Assembly (NCBI GenBank): GCA_963750165.1
Contig: CAVVPN010000009.1
Location: 32,001-96,000, forward strand
Origin: an uncultured Gemmataceae bacterium
Lineage (GTDB): Bacteria > Planctomycetota > Planctomycetia > Gemmatales > Gemmataceae
DNA length: 64,000 nucleotides
Direction of reading: 5' to 3'
Position numbers and translations under genes: made by a program. The notes under the pieces were generated by a model. That model was not told where the DNA came from. It ran no database searches and worked only from the letters and a program-made list of their open reading frames with translations. Positions 24,876-34,475 of the stretch are shown piece after piece (the stretch's first letter is position 1; each line of letters begins with the position of its first letter).

Positions 24876-25817
24876 ATGGCACGGTATGGGTTCATGGCGT
24901 TACTGGTGCTGGCGACGGCCGCGGGCGTGGCGCCGGCCGGCGGCAAGGGCGAAAAGGAGCTGCGCTTCGAGGGCAAGCTCACCCAGGACGACCCCAAGGA
25001 CCGGAAGCAAAATGCTGCCTTCAAGGTCCACATGGTCAAGATGACTGCTGGCGTCAACTACCAGATCGACATGGTGAGCACGCAGTTCGACAACTACCTG
25101 CGCCTGGAGGACAAGGCCGGCAAGGAGCTGGCCTTTGACGACGACAGCGGTGGTATGCAGAACGCCCGCATCATCTTCAACTGTCAGAAGACCGGCGAGT
25201 ACAAGATCATCTGCACCGCCTACAACGCGAATGGCATGGGGGCCTATGTGTTGACGGTGAAGAACACCGGCGCCGCGGCGAAGCTGGTCACGGCACACTC
25301 GGCGCTGGTCGGCAAGGAGGCGCCGGACTTCCGCGGCGACTTCGGGCTCAACGGCCAGGTGCGGCGGCTGGCCGACCTCAAGGGCAAGGTGGTACTGCTT
25401 AACTTCTGGGCCGTCTTCTCGCCGGCGAGTTCCTCCGTTTTCCCGAAGTTGCGCGAATGGCACAAGGCCCACAAGGCCGAGGGCCTGGAGGTCGTCGGCG
25501 TCTCGTTCTACAACTACGAGAACGGCCAGCACATCGGCTTCGACAAGAAGACCGGCAAGCTCACCAAGTTGGAGGAGTCCGACCAGAAGAGCGAGCGGGC
25601 CGTGCTCAAGGACTTCGCCGCCTACCACAAGCTCGACTACCTGCTGATGGTGCTGCCGAAGGAGGAAGCGCTGCGGGCCTTCAACGACTACTTCGTCAAT
25701 GGCATGCCGCAGTTCGTGCTCATCGACCGCCGCGGCAACGTGCGCTTCATCATCGTCGGCGAGCGCAACCTCGCCGCGCTGGAGCCCGAACTCAAGAAAG
25801 TGCTCGCCGAGAAGTGA
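24876..25817 (+). CDS. PPC-like domain plus TlpA/redoxin-fold protein lacking CxxC
   Basis: DDDSGG..NARI; KGKVVLLNFWAVFSPAS where WCxxC is expected. Confidence 0.75.
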   Translation: MARYGFMALLVLATAAGVAPAGGKGEKELRFEGKLTQDDPKDRKQNAAFKVHMVKMTAGVNYQIDMVSTQFDNYLRLEDKAGKELAFDDDSGGMQNARIIFNCQKTGEYKIICTAYNANGMGAYVLTVKNTGAAAKLVTAHSALVGKEAPDFRGDFGLNGQVRRLADLKGKVVLLNFWAVFSPASSSVFPKLREWHKAHKAEGLEVVGVSFYNYENGQHIGFDKKTGKLTKLEESDQKSERAVLKDFAAYHKLDYLLMVLPKEEALRAFNDYFVNGMPQFVLIDRRGNVRFIIVGERNLAALEPELKKVLAEK

Positions 25818-25841
25818 GCCGCAGTGCAACCGATGTCAACC

Positions 25842-25880
25842 CGGAGCGCCAGCGCGGGGTCGCCTCGCGCTGGCGCTCCG
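25842..25880. repeat. REP-like palindrome, family A
   Basis: CGGAGCGCCAGCGCG ... CGCGCTGGCGCTCCG. Confidence 0.75.
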
Positions 25881-25924
25881 TCAGCGACTGCTTCAACTCC
25901 AGGCGCTGCGCCTGATGTCTGACC

Positions 25925-26413
25925 TCACCGGCTCTCGTCCAGGTGCGCCTTCCAGACCGCGTGCCCGGGCGGATGCAGGGCTGCGCCGCGCAAGAAGGCG
26001 TCGAGGGCGCCGGGATTGATGGGTTCGTCTTCATAGGCGATGAACTTTGGGCGGAACACGGCAAAGCCGTCCGGGTGGTTGGCCGCACGGAAGGGCACCG
26101 CGACCAGGAGCTTTTGCACTTCGGGTTGGTAGCAGTGCGCGTGCAAGAAGATCGCATCAGTCTGGCCCGGCGGCAGATTCAGGTACGCCTCGAAGGCCAG
26201 GACGCCGCGGCGGGCACCGGCGACGGGATTTGTCAGCAGTTGCTCGCCTTGTGTGACTGCTTCCTCCGAGGACATTCCGGTGACCTGAATGTACTGCTGG
26301 CTGCCGTCGGGTTTCTCGACGACCAGCAAGGGAACCGTCAGAGATTTTCCCTGGGAAACGCAATGGATGGCGTGGGCAGCAACGAAGCCCGCCAGTTGTG
26401 CTGTCTCGATCAT
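25925..26413 (-). CDS. Hypothetical protein
   Basis: 162-aa ORF with GGAGG RBS and globular-protein composition. Confidence 0.7.
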   Translation of the reverse strand: MIETAQLAGFVAAHAIHCVSQGKSLTVPLLVVEKPDGSQQYIQVTGMSSEEAVTQGEQLLTNPVAGARRGVLAFEAYLNLPPGQTDAIFLHAHCYQPEVQKLLVAVPFRAANHPDGFAVFRPKFIAYEDEPINPGALDAFLRGAALHPPGHAVWKAHLDESR

Positions 26414-26511
26414 CGCTTACCTCCTGGGGTTGCCAGGTCACTTCGCCAGTCAGCCTCCGTGGTGTCCGCGGCCAACCGGGTTGCCAGCGGCAGGAAATCA
26501 CGCCAATTCAT
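26410..26511 (-). pseudogene. Truncated HEPN-like protein N-terminus
   Basis: MNWRDFLPLATRLAA..TEADWRS resembles HEPN starts that continue SRAYY; it diverges right after WRS. Confidence 0.5.
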
Positions 26512-26790
26512 TGCCAGCCCAGCACGAAGTAAACGGCGTGGCGGCACGGGCAGACGCGAGTGACCTCGGCTGACCAGATGCGCTGCCCTGCGAGCAACTC
26601 CTCGGTCGGCAGACCTCCGACCTCGACATCGAGGGCAATGTACTGATGCCTTTCGTCTTCGGCATCTTGCCCGAGCGACACGCACAGTGCGGACGAAGGA
26701 AAAGCTTGCCGGGCCAGGTCGATGACCGCGTTCAGGTAAGGGCTGACCCTCTTCGCGACAGCGAATTCCTGGACTTCGGACGGAATGGCC
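26508..26790 (-). pseudogene. 5'-truncated partner gene upstream of the HEPN-like fragment
   Basis: IPSEVQEFA..VSPYL..VIDLARQAFP...YFVLGWQ; stop overlaps the next ATG (ATGA); no clear start. Confidence 0.5.
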
Positions 26791-26904
26791 GGCGAGGAGA
26801 CCTTCGGTCGGGCTTGGCGGGTAGCGCGAGTTTCGTTCGCTGACCAGCGATTGCCAGACCATTTGAAGTTTCCATGAAATTGCCGCGAACGTTGGGGAGT
26901 CCTC

Positions 26905-27480
26905 TCACGGTTCGCCCCCGATGCGCCGGTGCAACCAGGCCCGCGCCAGCCGGAAGTCGCTCTCCACCGTGCTAACGGAAACACCGAGTCGGTCAGCGAT
27001 CTCGGCGACGGTGAAACCGCCGAAGAAGCGCAGAACGACGACCTGGCTTTGCCGCTCGTCGAGTCTCGCCAGTTCGTCGAGGGCCTCGTGCAGTGCCTCG
27101 ATGTCCGCGTTGTCCTGCTGATTATGGTCGTGCACCGCGTCAAAGGCCACGCGCTGCCAGCCCTCTCCGCGCTTCTCCGTGCGACGCCGTCGAGCGTGAC
27201 TCACCAGGATGCGACGCATGGCCTGGACGGCGGCCGCGAAGAAATAGTGCCGATTCGGAGCCTTATCGAAGACGCCACTGCAGACGAGACACAGGTAGGT
27301 TTCGTGAACGAGGTCGGTGGGTTCCAGAGTTATGGGCGTGCCTTCCTGGAAAAGCAGCCTGGCCGCGATGCGGCGCAGGTCGTTGTAAACCAGGTGAATG
27401 AGCCGATCCTTGGCCTCCCCATCGCCTTCCCGGATGGCATGGAGAAACTGCGTTACTGCTCCCAGCGGTTCGGGTGCCAT
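26905..27480 (-). CDS. ECF sigma factor, TIGR02999-type
   Basis: VTQFL...LVYNDLRRIA...LVHETYL...FFAAAVQAMRRILV...ARAWL. Confidence 0.9.
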   Translation of the reverse strand: MAPEPLGAVTQFLHAIREGDGEAKDRLIHLVYNDLRRIAARLLFQEGTPITLEPTDLVHETYLCLVCSGVFDKAPNRHYFFAAAVQAMRRILVSHARRRRTEKRGEGWQRVAFDAVHDHNQQDNADIEALHEALDELARLDERQSQVVVLRFFGGFTVAEIADRLGVSVSTVESDFRLARAWLHRRIGGEP

Positions 27481-27587
27481 CGCAAGGACTCCAGTCGAAA
27501 AATCAAGGGTTTCGACTGCCGATTGCGCATATATTGAAGGTGCAAATGCGTGCGTTTCAAGCGAAAAAAGCTGACCACCGGCATGTG

Positions 27588-27709
27588 GTGATGTCCCGAG
27601 AATGTTGCCCACGCTCGGGTTGCTCGGAAAAACGTGTGTTCTGTGAACGAGCGTCCCGAGGTGTTTCCCAGCGATTTTCCAGGTGTGCAATGGAACCTGG
27701 ACACCACCC
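27588..27709 (+). promoter_or_regulatory. Conserved upstream element, copy 2
   Basis: Aligns with the reverse complement of 6781-6900; contains TCCAGG-N12-CCTGGA. Confidence 0.65.
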
Positions 27710-27784
27710 GGCGTTTCGGAGAAGAATGTTCCGGCCGGTGGTTTCGCCGCCGTTCGCACACCGCGACCGACAGGAGAAACTGCC

Positions 27785-28513
27785 ATGCGCACAAACAACC
27801 GAGTCCTGATCCGAGTGGCCTTTGTCCTCGTGTTGGCCGCTGTAGTGGCAATGCCAAGGCCGGCGAAGGCAGGGTTTATCCTCGTCACCAGCGAATCGGC
27901 CCTCGGCGCGAACGACTCTATCGACTGGGGCAGCCTTGGTACGCTAACCACCCCTGGCTTCTCGCTTACCACGGCGGATGGAAACTACGTGAACGGGACG
28001 ATCGTTGGTTTCGCTAACGTCGGCGGCCTGACCAGTTTTGGCATCGGCCAATTGAATGGTTTCCCCGCTGTTTTCGGCAGCGCAGTGGACTCGCAGGGCG
28101 TTGCAGGAGTATCGATCACCCTCACTTTTGCCCAACCCGTCTCCGGCTTTGGGGCTGTAATCGAAAACAGCGCGGGTGATGAATTCATGGATACTTACAT
28201 CACGGCCACGGATACGAACGGAAACACACAGACGTTTGGGACTAATGACAGTGCATTCACGTTGCCTGGCGGTGGTCCTGGCTTCGTCGGCGTCAGCAAT
28301 GATACTGCTAACATTTCCAGCGTGACATACACCATCTCTGACGGAGGTATCATCACAAATTATTCAAGCGGAGAACTGATCATCGGCCAGGCGGCCCTCG
28401 CCTCGCCAACGGAGTCGAGCGTTCCTGAACCTACCAGTCTCACGTTGGTTGGGCTCGGCATCATCGGCCTTCTCGGCTACAACTGGCGGCGACGAAAGCG
28501 TGCCGCGACGTAG
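27785..28513 (+). CDS. PEP-CTERM sorting domain protein
   Basis: AGGAG RBS, signal peptide ending AKA, C-terminal VPEPTSLTLVGLG..WRRRKR. Confidence 0.9.
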   Translation: MRTNNRVLIRVAFVLVLAAVVAMPRPAKAGFILVTSESALGANDSIDWGSLGTLTTPGFSLTTADGNYVNGTIVGFANVGGLTSFGIGQLNGFPAVFGSAVDSQGVAGVSITLTFAQPVSGFGAVIENSAGDEFMDTYITATDTNGNTQTFGTNDSAFTLPGGGPGFVGVSNDTANISSVTYTISDGGIITNYSSGELIIGQAALASPTESSVPEPTSLTLVGLGIIGLLGYNWRRRKRAAT

Positions 28514-28567
28514 GCACAAGGTTTTACACTCTTTGCTGCGCCGGCGCCAGGGCAAAGAAGCCGCAGC

Positions 28568-31433
28568 TCAGTGCCCTGCGGTCGTCCGCGGCCGCCCCGC
28601 CGTCTCGCCGCACAACCGCTGCAGGTCGTACTCTTTCAACCGCCCCGGATGCGCACTGAAATACTCCTCCAGCAGCGGCCGCACCTGGTGCTCCCACACC
28701 ACGCGCAGCCGCGCCTCGTCCAACTCCGGCACCATGAAGTAACTGTGGCCGACCTGCTGCGCCGCTCCCAGATCCTCACGCAGCCGGCCGTTCAGCCGCT
28801 CGAACAGCCCCACCACCGCCCGGCGAAGTCCGCGCCGGCGCGCGGCGGATGGTCCGCCAGCCACGCCGCCAGCACGTCCGCGCTGGGCGGCATCTCCAGG
28901 AACGAGAAGCGCCGCCGCAGCGCCTGGTCGATCAGCGCCACCGAGCGGTCCGCCGCGTTCATCGTCCCAAGCAGGTACAGGTTGCGCGGCAGCCGGAACT
29001 CGCGCCGCGAGTACGGCAGTCGCACGCTCTGCTCGCGGTACTCCAGCAGATACAGCAGCTCGCCGAAGACGCGCGGCAGGTTGCCGCGATTGATCTCGTC
29101 GATGATGAGCACGTGCGCCGCCGCCGGCTCGCGCTCCGCCTGCGCCGCGAAGGCGCACAACAGCCCCTCCTCCACCGGGTAGCTCACCTCATGACGGCCG
29201 TTGACCTCGACCGTCCGCGCCTTGATGCCCTCGACGAATTCCTCGTAACTGTACGCTGGGTGGAACTGCACCAACCGCACCGCCTCCGGCCGGCCGTCGG
29301 TCAGCAGCCGCGCCAGGCAGCGGGCCACGTGTGTCTTGCCGGTGCCGGGCACGCCCTGCAAAATCAGCTGCCGCTTCAACTCCAGCAGTTCCCGCGCCCG
29401 CCGCAGCCAGTCCGCCCCCAGATGCGTCGCTCGCTGGAAGTCCGCGGCGCTGAACGGCCCCTCCGGCCGGCCCTCGCCCGTCCGCCGCGTCAGCAGCTGC
29501 TGCGGCTCGGCACTCACGGCACAGGCGAACGCCGGCAGCAGGCGGTCGAACGTCAGCAGGATGTCGCCGACCAGGTCGTCACCGGCCAGCAGCGGCGCGT
29601 CCGACGGCAGTACCTTGGCGGCCACCAGCGTTTTGCCGGCGGCCCACGCTCGCAGCTCGCCAGCGTCGGTCAGCGGTTTGGCGTCGGCAAAATCGTCGGC
29701 GGCGCCGAAGCGGCATTCAGCGCACGCGCCGCTGCGCGCACAGCGCCCGGTACAGCAGTTCCGCGTGCTCCTGCACGTTGCGGCGGAACAGTTTGGCGGC
29801 GGCCCGGGCGTCGCGGCCAATGCGCAGGCCGTAGCCGACCCCCGCCGCGGACAGGCGCACGAAGAACTGCACGTCGTTACGCTTGCCTGCGGCGCGGCGG
29901 CAGAAGGTGATCCACAGCTCCGTGTGGTACGGCGTCGATTTGCCGAAGTCGTTCTTGCAGATGCTGGTCAGGGCGCGGCCGCTGCGCGGCGCCGTCTCCA
30001 GATCCCAGCCGTGCTGCCGCCGCAGCACCGGCTCGACGTAGCGCTGCCCCAGCGCCTGGCACAGCTCAACCAACGGCTCACGCACCGCGAAACGGTAGCG
30101 CGGCTTCTGGGCGTGGACCCAGTCGCGGCGGTTGTGCCCGGCCAGCTCGCGCAGGAAGCGGAAGGTGTCGGCGCAGAAGCCGCCGAAGCGATCCGTGGGG
30201 CAGACATCCGAGCCCGAGCGCCAGCGCGGAGCCCCGCGCTGGCGCTCGGGCTCGGATGTCTGCCCCACGTTGGCGAACAGCGCCGGCGCTTCCAGCGGGT
30301 GCAGGCGGTGCTGGCCGCGCAGCCAGGCCAGCGCCTCATTGAACAGGCGGTAGCGCTCGGCGGCCGGCACCAGCGGATCGTCGGCGTCGCTCAGCGCCGC
30401 GTAGCCGCGCCGCGCCGCCTCGTCCCAGACGGCGAAACGGCGGGCGTCGTGGATGTGCAACAGCGCGGTCGGCAGCCACAGGCCGGCGCCCGGGATCGGC
30501 TCGCACCGCCAGAACTCGTCCAGCACCGGCAACGGATCTTCGGCCGCGGTCAGGCGCAGGCCCCAGTCGCGCAGCAGTTCGCCGCACGCCTCCCAGGCGA
30601 CCGGCGCCCGCCGCACTGCCGCCGCGTCCATAAGCGCCAGCGCCGCCGCCACGCCGCGGCCGTCCGCGGCGGCCAGGGCAGCGGTCAGTTGCCGCCGCGC
30701 CTCCTGCAGCACGGCGCCGCGTTCTTTCAAGCGCTGCCGCAACGGCACCCGCGCCCGTTCCTGGCGAATCAATGCCGGCACGTCGATGCCGGAGCGGCCG
30801 ACGCCCGACCACAAATCGCGGCCACGCAGCGCCGCCACCAGCGTGAAGAAATGGTCCAGATGCAACGCGGACAGGCGCGGCTGGCGGCGCAGGATCTCAC
30901 CGTACAGCCCGGCGAGCGCGACATAGGCCGCAGCCAGGTCGTGCTGCCGCAGACCGCGGGCCAGGTCCAGCCGCTCCAGGCCGTACCGCACCGCGGGCGT
31001 CCAGCCGGGCCACTGCGTCGGCTCCAGCGCCTGGAACAGCGCCGACCAGAACGCCGGCCCCAGCCCCGGCACGTGGTACGCCCCGGCCGGCGTCAGGAAC
31101 GCCGCCGCCCGGGACGCCAGCGGTTCGCGGCCGCGCAGCAGATGGCCAAGCCCGTGCCGCACCACGCCGGCGCGGCGCAGCAGTGTGACGCGGTGCAGTG
31201 GCGGCCGCACCACCGCCTCGTAAAACGTCAGCAGCGCTTCTTGAAAGGCTTCTTCGCTGGCGCTATCGATGAATGCCTCACGCAGCAGGCCCTGCGGCGC
31301 GTCCAGCACGGCGCGGAAGCGCGGCCCCAGCTCCGGCAGCCGACCCAGCTCCGCGCCCGGGGCGGGGCCGGCTTCGAGGTAGCTGCGCAGCAGCGGCACC
31401 AGCGGCAGCGGCGCGGGACGTGCGACCCTCATG
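28568..31433 (-). CDS. McrB-family AAA+ GTPase with DUF2461-like middle domain (frameshifts near 29725 and 28815)
   Basis: GVPGTGKT, QFHPAYSYEEFVEG, IIDEINRG, TMNAADRS, GHSYF; upstream TFRFLRELAGHNRRDW. Confidence 0.8.
30194..30269. repeat. Perfect intragenic palindrome (36-bp arms, 4-nt loop), REP family A
   Basis: CGTGGGGCAGACATCCGAGCCCGAGCGCCAGCGCGG-AGCC-exact reverse complement. Confidence 0.95.
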
Positions 31434-31605
31434 GCTCCATCGACTTCCCCTGGGCGGCCGGCGATCTTGCCCCGGGCATTGTAGCAGTCGCACCGCCGCA
31501 CCGCCCGCGTTTTTCGACCACCTGTGTGGGATCGTAATACAATGCCAGAGCGTGAATTGGTCGATTGTGCAACAAACCACGTGTCCCCAACCGAAAGGAG
31601 TGCCC

Positions 31606-32178
31606 ATGAAGACCATCCTGCTGTCCGCGTTACTCGCCTGCGGTCTGCTGGCCTGCCTGACTCCGCCTGCCGCCGCCCAGGGCCGACTGGGCTACAGCAA
31701 CCCCTACGTCTACTACGAAATTCACCACGCGTGGCCCGGCCCGTATCCGTACCCTTACCCCTACTCGTATGGGTGGTATCCTTACACCGCCGAATACTAC
31801 AACCTCTACAACTTTGAACAGCAGAACCTGTACAACAATTCCCTGGCGATCAAGAACTTTTACCATTCGCCGTCCGGGGCGATTGACCCCATTGGCGGCG
31901 AACCGACGCCGAAGACCACGATGTTGCCGCCGCCCCTGGAAACGCACGGTGTTGTGGCCGTCAAGGTGCCCAGCGCCTACGCCCAGGTGTGGTTCAACGG
32001 CCAGCTCACCAACGCCACCGGCGTCACGCGCGTTTTCCAGACACCGGACTTGCCCTCGGGCAAGGCCTTTTCGTACACTGTCCGCGCCGACTGGACGCAG
32101 GGCGGCGAGCCGGTGTCGCGCGAACGCACCGTGACGGTGGCCGCGGGCAAGACGGCTGTGGTCGATTTCACGAAGTAA
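31606..32178 (+). CDS. TIGR03000-domain secreted protein, Tyr/Pro-rich
   Basis: GAAAGGAG RBS, signal peptide, C-terminal VKVP..AQVWFNG..TGVTRVFQTP...VVDF. Confidence 0.85.
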   Translation: MKTILLSALLACGLLACLTPPAAAQGRLGYSNPYVYYEIHHAWPGPYPYPYPYSYGWYPYTAEYYNLYNFEQQNLYNNSLAIKNFYHSPSGAIDPIGGEPTPKTTMLPPPLETHGVVAVKVPSAYAQVWFNGQLTNATGVTRVFQTPDLPSGKAFSYTVRADWTQGGEPVSRERTVTVAAGKTAVVDFTK

Positions 32179-32318
32179 GCGCTGCGGCGGCACGAAACGT
32201 GCAAGAATGCGAAAAGCAGAAAAAGCACCGGCCGGGGCTGAAAGACTTTTCCGGCCAGTTGGTATAATAAGCTGGAGATAATGAAGAGGTTGGTGCCTTG
32301 CCTGAAGGAGTATCCGCC

Positions 32319-33809
32319 ATGAGACGATGCCTGTCGGTTGGGTTGCTCGCTCTCAGCCTGTCGGCGGTGCTGACGCCCGCCGCGTTTGGCCAGCGCGGGT
32401 TTGTCCATCCCCACGCCGGGTTCGGGCCCGGCCCGGCGTTCCACTTCGGCCACGCCGGCGCCCCGATCGTCAACCAATTCCTGGGCGGCACAACCGGTCT
32501 GTCGCTGCACAACCTGTACCATCCCTTGAGCTTCAACAGCCCGTTGGGGGTCAACTCGCGCCTGACCTACAACCCATACGGCAACTACATTCCGTTCGGC
32601 AACTATCTCTCGAACAACGGCTTTCCCGGCAGTTACTACTTCAACCGCTACGGGAACTACAATAACGGCCTCGGCAACCCGTACGGGAACTACATTCCGT
32701 TCGGTAACTACCTCTCGAACAACGGCTTTCCTGGTAGCAACTACTTCAACCGCTACGGGAACTACAACAACGGCCTTGGCAACTCGTACGGCAACTACAT
32801 CCCGTACGGCAACTACCTCTCAACCAACGGCTTTCCTGGCAGCAACTACTACGGCGGCACCGGCTACTACAACAATGGCTTCCGCGGGGCGTTCCCGAGC
32901 GTCCAGCAGGTGAACCCCGTCGTGAGCAACCCGTACATCGTGCCGGGCCTGAATCTCAAGCAGTGGGCGTACAACACCAATGTCGTCGGCCGCACCTACG
33001 CCCAGTTCCCGCCCTGGATGTACGGCTACAACCCCTACACGCCGCTCGTCGTGGGCGGCAATTTCGGCGGCGGCTATGGCGGCGGCTACGGCGGCGGTTA
33101 TGGCCTGGGCTACGGCGGCTACGGTCTGCCCTTCGGCCTGGGTTACGGCGGTGGCTACGGTTATGTCGGCGGCCTGGGCTACGGCGGCGGCTATGGCGGC
33201 GGTGGCTATGGCGGCGTGCCGTTCGCCTCGACCTACCTCCTCAGCCCCGCCTACAACATCTACTCCGCCCAGTATGCGTCCAGCATTTACGGCGGCCCCC
33301 GCTTGCCGGCGAACTTCTACCAGTCGCCGGCTGGCTCCATCGACCCCATCGGCACCCCGCCCGCCGGCCCGACCTCGGGAGTGAAGGGCGCCAGGGAGAG
33401 CCAGCCCAACGGCGGCAGCACTTACGCCACCGGCGGCCTTGGCAGCGCGTACAGCCCCGGCAGCCTGGTGGTGTCCAACTTCTACCAGTCGCCAGCCGGC
33501 TCCATCGACCCCATCCTGCCCGTGGGCGTCTCGTCCGCACCGCCGGTGGCCCAGGCCGCGCCCGTGCCGGAGCGGCAGGCGACGTTGACCATCAAGGTGC
33601 CGAACGACGCGGCCCTGGTGTGGTGCAACGGTCACCGCGTCAACGGCGATGGTCTGACGCGCGTCTACCAAACGCCGGCCCTCGCGGCGGGGCAGGACTA
33701 CGCCTTCACGGTGCGGGCCGTGTGGCTGCAGAAGGGCAACGGCGTGACGCGGGAGCAGACCGGGACCGTGGCCCCCGGGCAGTCGGCAGTGGTCGATTTC
33801 ACGAAATGA
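32319..33809 (+). CDS. TIGR03000-domain secreted protein with N/Y/G-rich repeats
   Basis: GAAGGAG RBS, signal peptide, low-complexity centre, C-terminal TIGR03000-like domain ending VVDF. Confidence 0.85.
   Translation: MRRCLSVGLLALSLSAVLTPAAFGQRGFVHPHAGFGPGPAFHFGHAGAPIVNQFLGGTTGLSLHNLYHPLSFNSPLGVNSRLTYNPYGNYIPFGNYLSNNGFPGSYYFNRYGNYNNGLGNPYGNYIPFGNYLSNNGFPGSNYFNRYGNYNNGLGNSYGNYIPYGNYLSTNGFPGSNYYGGTGYYNNGFRGAFPSVQQVNPVVSNPYIVPGLNLKQWAYNTNVVGRTYAQFPPWMYGYNPYTPLVVGGNFGGGYGGGYGGGYGLGYGGYGLPFGLGYGGGYGYVGGLGYGGGYGGGGYGGVPFASTYLLSPAYNIYSAQYASSIYGGPRLPANFYQSPAGSIDPIGTPPAGPTSGVKGARESQPNGGSTYATGGLGSAYSPGSLVVSNFYQSPAGSIDPILPVGVSSAPPVAQAAPVPERQATLTIKVPNDAALVWCNGHRVNGDGLTRVYQTPALAAGQDYAFTVRAVWLQKGNGVTREQTGTVAPGQSAVVDFTK
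32571..32853 (+). repeat. 105-bp (35-aa) tandem coding repeat, about 2.7 copies
   Basis: NPYGNYIPFGNYLSNNGFPG-type unit starting at 32571, 32676 and 32781. Confidence 0.9.
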
Positions 33810-34257
33810 CGGTGGGCGGATTCGGCCCAGCTTCCAGGACAAAAATGCCCACCTCGCAGCGGATGGCGGCGAGGTTAACGCGGGCGGTCAGTCCTTCTTT
33901 CGCCAGCATGGCCTCCACGTCCAGCAGCACGGCGTCTTCCAGCACTCGCACCCAGGGCTCCTCGCGAGCCAGGGTGCTGAAGACGTTCATGATGAGACCG
34001 CGCAGGGCGGTCACGGGCATGCCCAGCGCCCGGAATTTGACCAGCCGCAGGTGAACTTGCCGGTCGCGAACGGTGGGGTGCCAGAGTGTCTCGAAACTGA
34101 CCGGCACGAACAGGGAGTACTCGCCCTGGACGACGACACCTTCCGGTGTGATGCCGATCTGCAATTCCTCGACGGGCTGATCTTTCGGGAGGTGGCGTTT
34201 GGCCAGGTCGTTGAGGTCCTGCTCGGTGACGGTGACCCGGAGCGCGTGAATTTCCAT
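33799..34257 (-). CDS. Hypothetical protein
   Basis: MEIHALRVTVTEQDLN...; coding-like codon usage. Confidence 0.65.
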   Translation of the reverse strand: MEIHALRVTVTEQDLNDLAKRHLPKDQPVEELQIGITPEGVVVQGEYSLFVPVSFETLWHPTVRDRQVHLRLVKFRALGMPVTALRGLIMNVFSTLAREEPWVRVLEDAVLLDVEAMLAKEGLTARVNLAAIRCEVGIFVLEAGPNPPTVIS

Positions 34258-34475
34258 GCAGTGGTCCCCTGGCGGCGATCCAACAAACAGACCTGGCCAG
34301 CATATGGAACGGCGTCGCCCCTGGCGACCGCGGCGAGGCGGGGCGGGTGGCGCGTCCTTATGGCTGCGGAGCAGCACGACGGCTTGACCCACGGCGGCCG
34401 TCGGCCTATCATCACCAAATACTAAACTTTCCTTCCCGGCACCAGCCGGGTGCCGCTGCACGAGGTAGCCACCGC

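Noticed and set aside
32188..32203. GG-N10-GC sigma-54-like site before the second TIGR03000 gene
   Set aside because: Weak match that is also a small hairpin after a stop codon; TGGTATAAT nearer the gene is a better promoter candidate.
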